A stretch of DNA of 64,000 nt. It comes from Eimeria praecox (taxonomy: Eukaryota). The stretch spans positions 186,001-250,000 of the forward strand of contig OY986946.1 of assembly GCA_963920595.1 (NCBI GenBank), read 5' to 3'. Shown one piece after another: positions 55,401-64,000 of this stretch (position 1 is its first letter; every line of letters begins with the position of its first letter). Below the pieces are notes generated by a model. That model was not told where the DNA came from. It was given only the letters and a program-made list of their open reading frames with translations, and ran no database searches. The translations under genes were made by a program, and so were the position numbers.

Positions 55401-58400
55401 CCACATACCCATATTCCTCTCCAAAAGCACCTCCTCAAATACCTGCCTCTGCGTCGCATTGTGAGCGCACATCATATCGACAGCCTGCCTAAAAACAATC
55501 TGCACCAACCGCTTTGCGCACCCTCTGGAAGACATTCCACCAACGACAATACGCCATGCCCGCTCAGCCTATACCAGCCCCCACACCTCGAAATACTTGA
55601 CACGTTCGCCACCGCCACCTGCTCTCAAGTGGCAAAGTCTCTCAGATAGCAAATGCGTACAACACACGCCACTTCGGACCACTAACGCACCTCCTGTGAA
55701 ACACCACACCCACTGCCACACACCACACACAGTGATCCCACCTAGCTGCTCCCTCCTAGAACGCCCCCGCCCCTACAGTACAACGCCCATAATCACATCC
55801 GCCTCAGACCAAGCAAGCCCTACCCATACCACGCGTGCTCACATAAACACCAACACCTCACGATACGCACTTCCTGCGAAACACCACATCCTCTCCCACA
55901 CGCACTGCACCCTCAAAACATTCTCCTCCTCCCCATGCAGACAGATATCGGTCCTCATCAACTTCACATTAAATCCCTGCTCATCCTCATCAACCCAAAC
56001 AAACATCAAACCGTCCCCCTGCGTCTGTAGACGTTCCAGCGTACACAGCGCTACTCACCTCCTGTGAAACACCATGTAGATATCTACTCCCACGCAGCAT
56101 ACGCGCTCAACGAACGCACCTTCATTCTCTCTCTCAAACTCTCCACTCCTATACTCCACACTGTCACCACTCACCTCTGCTCCTATTTGCAAACCTAGCA
56201 CAACCCACACGCCTTTACAGCCACTTCGCTGCGGACAACTAGCTCACTTCCTGTGAACAACCATTCCTAATGCCCCACACCTTGTTAACGTTAACGCACC
56301 ATGCTACCCTCTCTGCACATATCCCGACCCAGGCGAACTACAGTCAACACCTGCCTCTGCTCCTGAATGCAAACCCACATCAAAACATGCGCCTATACAG
56401 GAAGGCCGCAGCAAACGATCTAACTCACCTTCGGTCAAACACAGTACCCACTCTCACACACCATCCGCTCCAAGCCCACCTGCCTCCGCTCTCTGCATGT
56501 ATCCCTTACCATACTCAACAGCCAAAACACCTGCCTCTCGTGCGAAATCGCAGCCTATCCCAAATCATCGTGTCTCTAGTCAGCATGGGCACCCTTGCGC
56601 ACCTTCTGTAAAACACCACAACTACGCCAACACAAGCAGCTCATCCTGAATGCGCCTTCTTGCTCTCCCTTTCTCTATCTGCCTCCAGCCATCTGCCCCC
56701 ATGCTTAACGCCTCCAAGACATGCCTGCGCTGCTGAATGGGCATCTAGCTGAAATAACCCTCTTCCCTAAAAATCAACAATCAACAGAAGCCACCATGCG
56801 CACCTTCTGTGAAACATCACACCTACTCCCGCACACCATGCTCCCTCAACACCCATTGCTGCTCTATCTCCACATACCCATATCCCTCTCCAAAAGCACC
56901 TCCTCAAATACCTGCCTCTGCGTCCCAGTGCAAGCGCACATCATATCGACAGCCTGCCTAAACAAGCTGCCCCCAACCGCTTTGCGCACCCTCTGGAAAA
57001 CATCACACCTGCTACAATACGCCATGCCCGCTCAGCCTATACCAGCCCCCACACCTCGAAATACTTGACACGATCGCCACCGTCATCTGCCCTCATGTGC
57101 CAAAGTTTCTCAAACAACACATGCGTACAAACACGCCACTTCGGACCACCAACACACCTCCTGTGAAACACCACACCCACTGCCATACACCATACACAGT
57201 CACCCCACCTAGCTGCTCCCTCTTAGCACGCCCCCCACCCCTACAGTACAACGTTCATCATCACATCCGCCTCAGACCAAGCAAGCCCTACCCATACCAC
57301 GCGTGCTCACATAAACACCAACACCTCACGATACGCACTTCCTGCGAAACACCACATCCTCTCCCACACACACTGCACCCTCAAAACATTCTCCACCCGC
57401 CCCCTGCAGACAGTTATCGGTCGGTCCCCATCAACTCCAAATAAAATCCCTGATCACCCTCATCAACCCAAACAAACATCAAACCGCCCTCCTGCGTCTG
57501 TAGACGTTCCAGCGTACACAGCGCTACTCACCTCCTGTGAAACACCATGTAGATATCTACTCCCACGCAGCATACGCGCTCAACGAACGCACCTTCATTC
57601 TCTCTCTCAAACTCTCCACTCCTATACTCCACACTGTCACCACTCACCTTTGCTCCTATTTGCAAACCTAGCACAATCCACCACGCCTTTACAGCCACTT
57701 CGCGGCGGACAACTAGCTCACTTCCTGTGAACAACCATTCCTAATGCCCCACACCTTGTTAACGTTAACGCACCATGCTACCCTCTCTGCACATACCCCG
57801 ACCCAGGCGAAATAGAGTCAACACCTGCCTCTGCTCCTGAATGCAAACCCACATCAAAACATGCGCCTATACAGGAAGGCCGCAGCAAACGATCTAACTC
57901 ACCTTCGGTCAAACACAGTACCCACTCTCACACACCATCCGCTCCAAGCCCACCTGCCTCCGCTCTCTGCATGTGTCCCTTACCATACTCAACAGCCAAA
58001 ACACCTGCCTCTCGTGCGAAATCGCAGCCTATCCCAAATCATCGTGTCTCTAGTCAGCATGGGCACCCTTGCGCACCTTCTGTAAAACACCACAACTACG
58101 CCAACACAAGCAGCTCATCCTGAATGCGCCTTCTTGCTCTCCCTTTCTCTATCTGCCTCCAGCCATCTGCCCCCATGCTTAACGCCTCCAAGACATGCCT
58201 GCGCTGCTGAATGGGCATCTAGCTGAAATAACCCTCTTCCCTAAAAATCAACAATCAACAGAAGCCACCATGCGCACCTTCTGTGAAACATCACACCTAC
58301 TCCCGCACACCATGCTCCCTCAACACCCATTGCTGCTCTATCTCCACATACCCATATCCCTCTCCAAAAGCACCTCCTCAAATACCTGCCTCTGCGTCCC

Positions 58401-61400
58401 AGTGCAAGCGCACATCATATCGACAGCCTGCCTAAACAAGCTGCCCCCAACCGCTTTGCGCACCCTCTGGAAAACATCACACCTGCTACAATACGCCATG
58501 CCCGCTCAGCCTATACCAGCCCCCACACCTCGAAATACTTGACACGATCGCCACCGTCATCTGCCCTCATGTGCCAAAGTTTCTCAAACAACACATGCGT
58601 ACAAACACGCCACTTCGGACCACCAACACACCTCCTGTGAAACACCACACCCACTGCCATACACCATACACAGTCACCCCACCTAGCTGCTCCCTCTTAG
58701 CACGCCCCCCACCCCTACAGTACAACGTTCATCATCACATCCGCCTCAGACCAAGCAAGCCCTACCCATACCACGCGTGCTCACATAAACACCAACACCT
58801 CACGATACGCACTTCCTGCGAAACACCACATCCTCTCCCACACACACTGCACCCTCAAAACATTCTCCACCCGCCCCCTGCAGACAGTTATCGGTCGGTC
58901 CCCATCAACTCCAAATAAAATCCCTGATCACCCTCATCAACCCAAACAAACATCAAACCGCCCTCCTGCGTCTGTAGACGTTCCAGCGTACACAGCGCTA
59001 CTCACCTCCTGTGAAACACCATGTAGATATCTACTCCCACGCAGCATACGCGCTCAACGAACGCACCTTCATTCTCTCTCTCAAACTCTCCACTCCTATA
59101 CTCCACACTGTCACCACTCACCTTTGCTCCTATTTGCAAACCTAGCACAATCCACCACGCCTTTACAGCCACTTCGCGGCGGACAACTAGCTCACTTCCT
59201 GTGAACAACCATTCCTAATGCCCCACACCTTGTTAACGTTAACGCACCATGCTACCCTCTCTGCACATACCCCGACCCAGGCGAACTAGAGTCAACACCT
59301 GCCTCTGCTCCTGAATGCAAACCCACATCAAAACATGCGCCTATACAGGAAGGCCGCAGCAAACGATCTAACTCACCTTCGGTCAAACACAGCACCCACT
59401 CTCACACACCATCCGCTCCAAGCCCACCTGCCTCCGCTCTCTGCATGTGTCCCTTACCATACTCAACAGCCATAACACCTGCCTCTCGTACGAAATCGCA
59501 ACCTATCCCAAATCGTCGGTGTCTCTAGTCAGCATGGGCACCCTTGCGCACCTTCTGTAAAACACCACAACTACGCCAGCACATGCAGCTTATCCTGAAT
59601 GCGCCTTCTTGCTCTCCCTTCTTATATCTGCCTCCAGCCATCTGCCCCCATGCTTAACGCCTCCAAGACATGCCTGCGCTGCTGAATGGGCATCTAGCTG
59701 AAATAACCCTCTTCCCTAAAAATCAACAATCAACACAAGCCACCATGCGCACCTTCTGTGAAACATCACACCTACTCCCGCACACCATGCTCCCTCAACA
59801 CCCATTGCTGCTCTATCTCCACATACCCATATCCCTCTCCAAAAGCACCTCCTCAAATACCTGCCTCTGCGTCCCAGTGCAAGCGCACATCATATCGACA
59901 GCCTGCCTAAACAAGCTGCCCCCAACCGCTTTGCGCACCCTCTGGAAAACATCACACCTGCTACAATACGCCATGCCCGCTCAGCCTATACCAGCCCCCA
60001 CACCTCGAAATACTTGACACGATCGCCACCGTCATCTGCCCTCATGTGCCAAAGTTTCTCAAACAACACATGCGTACAAACACGCCACTTCGGACCACCA
60101 ACACACCTCCTGTGAAACACCACACCCACTGCCATACACCATACACAGTCACCCCACCTAGCTGCTCCCTCTTAGCACGCCCCCCACCCCTACAGTACAA
60201 CGTTCATCATCACATCCGCCTCAGACCAAGCAAGCCCTACCCATACCACGCGTGCTCACATAAACACCAACACCTCACGATACGCACTTCCTGCGAAACA
60301 CCACATCCTCTCCCACACACACTGCACCCTCAAAACATTCTCCACCCGCCCCCTGCAGACAGTTATCGGTCGGTCCCCATCAACTCCAAATAAAATCCCT
60401 GATCACCCTCATCAACCCAAACAAACATCAAACCGCCCTCCTGCGTCTGTAGACGTTCCAGCGTACACAGCCCTACTCACCTCCTGTGAAACACCATGTA
60501 GATATCTACTCCCACGCAGCATACGCGCTCAACGAACGCACCTTCATTCTCTCTCTCAAACTCTCCACTCCTATACTCCACACTGTCACCACTCACCTCT
60601 GCTCCTATTTGCAAACCTAGCACAATCCACCACGCCTTTACAGCCACTTCGCGGAGGACAACTAGCTCACTTCCTGTGAACAACCATTCCTATTGCCCCA
60701 CACCTTGTTAACGTTAACGCACCATGCTACCCTCTCTGCACATACCCCGACCCAGGCGAAATAGAGTCAACACCTGCCTCTGCTCCTGAATGCAAACCCA
60801 CATCAAAACATGCGCCTATACAGGAAGGCCACAGCAAACGATCTAACTCACCTTCTGTCAAACACAGCACCCACTCTCACACACCATCCGCTCCAAGCCC
60901 ACCTGCCTCCGCTCTCTGCATGTGTCCCTTACCATACTCAACAGCCATAACACCTGCCTCTCGTACGAAATCGCAACCTATCCCAAATCGTCGGTGTCTC
61001 TAGTCAGCATGGGCACCCTTGCGCACCTTCTGTAAAACACCACAACTACGCCAGCACATGCAGCTTATCCTGAATGCGCCTTCTTGCTCTCCCTTCTTAT
61101 ACCTGCCTCCAGCCATCTGCCCCCATGCTTAACGCCTCCAAGACATGCCTGCGCTGCTGAATGGGCATCTAGCTGAAATAACCCTCTTCCCTAAAAATCA
61201 ACAATCAACACAAGCCACCATGCGCACCTTCTGTGAAACATCACACCTACTCCCGCACACCATGCTCCCTCAACACCCACTGCTGCTCTATCTCCACATA
61301 CCCATATCCCTCTCCAAAAGCACCTCCTCAAATACCTGCCTCTGCGTCCCAGTGCAAGCGCACATCATATCGACAGCCTGCCTAAACAAGCTGCCCCCAA

Positions 61401-63979
61401 CCGCTTTGCGCACCCTCTGGGAAACATCACACCTGCTACAGTACGCCATGCCCGCTCAGCCTATACCAGCCCCCACACCTCGAAATACTTGACACGATCG
61501 CCACCGTCATCTGCCCTCATGTGCCAAAGTTTCTCAAACAACACATGCGTACAAACACGCCACTTCGGACCACCAACACACCTCCTGTGAAACACCACAC
61601 CCACTGCCATACACCATACACAGTCACCCCACCTAGCTGCTCCCTCTTAGCACGCCCCCCACCCCTACAGTACAACGTTCATCATCACATCCGCCTCAGA
61701 CCAAGCAAGCCCTACCCATACCACGCGTGCTCACATAAACACCAACACCTCACGATACGCACTTCCTGCGAAACACCACATCCTCTCCCACACACACTGC
61801 ACCCTCAAAACATTCTCCACCCGCCCCCTGCAGACAGTTATCGGTCGGTCCCCATCAACTCCAAATAAAATCCCTGATCACCCTCATCAACCCAAACAAA
61901 CATCAAACCGCCCTCCTGCGTCTGTAGACGTTCCAGCGTACACAGCCCTACTCACCTCCTGTGAAACACCATGTAGATATCTACTCCCACGCAGCATACG
62001 CGCTCAACGAACGCACCTTCATTCTCTCTCTCAAACTCTCCACTCCTATACTCCACACTGTCACCACTCACCTCTGCTCCTATTTGCAAACCTAGCACAA
62101 TCCACCACGCCTTTACAGCCACTTCGCGGCGGACAACTAGCTCACTTCCTGTGAACAACCATTCCTAATGCCCCACACCTTGTTAACGTTAACGCACCAT
62201 GCTACCCTCTCTGCACATACCCCGACCCAGGCGAAATAGAGTCAACACCTGCCTCTGCTCCTGAATGCAAACCCACATCAAAACATGCGCCTATACAGGA
62301 AGGCCGCAGCAAACGATCTAACTCACCTTCTGTCAAACACAGCACCCACTCTCACACACCATCCGCTCCAAGCCCACCTGCCTCCGCTCTCTGCATGTGT
62401 CCCTTACCATACTCAACAGCCATAACACCTGCCTCTCGTACGAAATCGCAACCTATCCCAAATCGTCGGTGTCTCTAGTCAGCATGGGCACCCTTGAGCA
62501 CCTTCTGTAAAACACCACAACTACGCCAGCACATGCAGCTTATCCTGAATGCGCCTTCTTGCTCTCCCTTCTTATATCTGCCTCCAGCCATCTGCCCCCA
62601 TGCTTAACGCCTCCAAGACATGCCTGCGCTGCTGAATGGGCATCTAGCTGAAATAACCCTCTTCCCTAAAAATCAACAATCAACACAAGCCACCATGCGC
62701 ACCTTCTGTGAAACATCACACCTACTCCCGCACACCATGCTCCCTCAACACCCATTGCTGCTCTATCTCCACATACCCATATCCCTCTCCAAAAGCACCT
62801 CCTCAAATACCTGCCTCTGCGTCCCAGTGCAAGCGCACATCATATCGACAGCCTGCCTAAACAAGCTGCCCCCAACCGCTTTGCGCACCCTCTGGAAAAC
62901 ATCACACCTGCTACAATACGCCATGCCCGCTCAGCCTATACCAGCCCCCACACCTCGAAATACTTGACACGATCGCCACCGTCATCTGCCCTCATGTGCC
63001 AAAGTTTCTCAAACAACACATGCGTACAAACACGCCACTTCGGACCACCAACACACCTCCTGTGAAACACCACACCCACTGCCATACACCATACACAGTC
63101 ACCCCACCTAGCTGCTCCCTCTTAGCACGCCCCCCACCCCTACAGTACAACGTTCATCATCACATCCGCCTCAGACCAAGCAAGCCCTACCCATACCACG
63201 CGTGCTCACATAAACACCAACACCTCACGATACGCACTTCCTGCGAAACACCACATCCTCTCCCACACACACTGCACCCTCAAAACATTCTCCACCCGCC
63301 CCCTGCAGACAGTTATCGGTCGGTCCCCATCAACTCCAAATAAAATCCCTGATCACCCTCATCAACCCAAACAAACATCAAACCGCCCTCCTGCGTCTGT
63401 AGACGTTCCAGCGTACACAGCCCTACTCACCTCCTGTGAAACACCATGTAGATATCTACTCCCACGCAGCATACGCGCTCAACGAACGCACCTTCATTCT
63501 CTCTCTCAAACTCTCCACTCCTATACTCCACACTGTCACCACTCACCTCTGCTCCTATTTGCAAACCTAGCACAATCCACCACGCCTTTACAGCCACTTC
63601 GCGGCGGACAACTAGCTCACTTCCTGTGAACAACCATTCCTATTGCCCCACACCTTGTTAACGTTAACGCACCATGCTACCCTCTCTGCACATACCCCGA
63701 CCCAGGCGAAATAGAGTCAACACCTGCCTCTGCTCCTGAATGCAAACCCACATCAAAACATGCGCCTATACAGGAAGGCCGCAGCAAACGATCTAACTCA
63801 CCTTCTGTCAAACACAGCACCCACTCTCACACACCATCCGCTCCAAGCCCACCTGCCTCCGCTCTCTGCATGTGTCCCTTACCATACTCAACAGCCATAA
63901 CACCTGCCTCTCGTACGAAATCGCAACCTATCCCAAATCGTCGGTGTCTCTAGTCAGCATGGGCACCCTTGAGCACCTT
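639..63979 (-). CDS. Putative interior of a giant gene made of ~130 three-nucleotide (single-codon) microexons; predicted product is an E/K/R-rich charged helix. No start or stop seen in the window.
   Basis: Minus-strand YAG|NNN|GTRnG motif once per repeat unit. Old-array exons (plus-strand coordinate of lowest base, minus-strand triplet): 44004 CAC, 42946 GAC, 41181 GCA, 40267 GAG, 39184 AAA, 38244 AGA, 37533 AGA, 35989 CAA, 35050 AGA, 34008 GAC, 33330 AGC, 32356 GCA, 31734 GCA, 30745 GAC, 29683 GAA, 29048 AGA, 28065 GAA, 27134 CAA, 26259 AAC, 25471 GAA, 24567 AGA, 23568 AAA, 22718 GAA, 22089 AGA, 20988 GAA, 20135 AAA, 19280 AAA, 10253 GAA, 9201 CAA, 7588 GCA, 6532 CTA, 5782 GGA, 4770 CGG, 4300 GCA, 3264 ATG, 2698 GAA, 1710 AAC, 639 AGA. 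Young array, first unit: 46681 AGG, 46494 AAG, 46293 AAG, (46119 AAG, acceptor CG), 45938 GAA, 45748 GAG, 45555 GAA, 45374 GAG, repeated every ~1475 bp. Splicing is inferred, not shown. Confidence 0.6.
10940..19208. repeat. 8.3-kb (TATATC)n/(GATATA)n microsatellite with interrupted blocks containing TATATATC variants; begins with (TC)n and ends with (TC)n(TA)n
   Basis: Read directly. Pure tracts at ~11240-11665, 12690-13190, 13570-14125, 15045-16745 and 17655-19150 alternate with blocks of mixed 6- and 8-nt units. Confidence 0.99.
19509..19775 (+). repeat. Local direct duplication of ~119 bp (19509-19627 and 19657-19775)
   Basis: Both copies start ccggacgcgaatgaataacacattcataaa and end ttgcttgtcggtgtg; offset 148 bp. 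Confidence 0.9.
21421..21442 (+). repeat. Short interstitial telomere-like tract, 3 heptamers (CCTAAAC CCTGAAC CCTAAAC)
   Basis: cctaaaccctgaaccctaaacc is the reverse complement of TT(T/C)AGGG repeats; it interrupts a motif that is continuous in sibling units. Confidence 0.6.
40444..40472. repeat. (GA)14 microsatellite
   Basis: Read directly. Confidence 0.95.
45020..45345. repeat. Junction zone: ~2 degenerate ~184-bp monomers at the edge of the young array
   Basis: 45030-45230 aligns by eye to monomers 7-8 of the 1475-bp unit (atgctctctcaacaggcc vs atgctccctcaacaccc; gcaccgtttgcagaaccgtacacc vs gcaccctctggaaaacatcacacc). Confidence 0.65.
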
Positions 63980-64000
63980 CTGTAAAACACCACAACTACG
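45345..64000. repeat. Young tandem array, 1,475-bp unit (~12.7 copies, continues past the window end); each unit is a higher-order repeat of 8 diverged ~184-bp monomers
   Basis: Marker atgcctg(t/c)gctgctgaa at 46411, 47886, 49354, 50827, 52302, 53777, 55252, 56721, 58195, 59670, 61145, 62620 (steps 1468-1475). Monomer core cacNNNctgtgaaacaccacacctactccc recurs with spacings 181, 193, 190, 181, 174, 201, 187, 169 bp. The + strand is strongly C/A-rich and G-poor. Confidence 0.98.

Noticed and set aside
44989..63633. Recurrent 60-220 aa His/Pro/Thr-rich ORFs ([17 protein letters not shown]..., [11 protein letters not shown]..., [12 protein letters not shown]...)
   Set aside because: They recur only because the DNA repeats. 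Frames shift and stops appear between copies (1-7 bp indels), and the composition mirrors the C/A skew.
45371..63990. CRISPR-like pattern of ~20-bp conserved repeats with variable spacers
   Set aside because: Spacers are ~165 bp, homologous to each other and repeated with period 8; no cas genes; eukaryotic context.
45345..64000. Alpha-satellite-like centromeric higher-order repeat (nucleosome-sized ~184-bp monomers)
   Set aside because: Not excluded, but not called. Monomer lengths vary 169-201 bp and conservation centres on a splice-site-shaped motif shared with the non-nucleosomal 1-kb array. Needs CenH3 data.

Overview
Eukaryotic, repeat-dominated window with no conventional long ORF. It has three layers. 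(1) A very old, highly diverged head-to-tail array of ~0.5-1.1 kb units (1-~45.0 kb, 42 units counted). (2) An 8.3 kb (TATATC)n microsatellite embedded in that array (10.94-19.21 kb). (3) A young, near-homogeneous 1,475-bp tandem array (~45.3-64.0 kb, ~12.7 copies) that is itself an 8-mer of ~184-bp monomers. Main observation: on the minus strand, the best-conserved element of every unit in BOTH arrays is a 3' splice site, exactly 3 nt, then a 5' splice site (YAG|NNN|GTRnG). This holds for 38 of 42 old units and 93 of 102 young monomers, while the middle 3 nt vary. Joined in transcription order and read in phase 0, the triplets give (RKK[K]EEEE)n followed by HDAEKRRQRDSAADEREQNERKEREKKEQALGRAMENR, a charged single-alpha-helix-like peptide. 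The window therefore looks like the interior of a giant gene built from about 130 single-codon microexons, with satellite-like repeats serving as its introns. The motif is seen directly in the sequence; splicing and translation are inference and need RNA evidence. All counts were made by eye and the organism cannot be identified with confidence.
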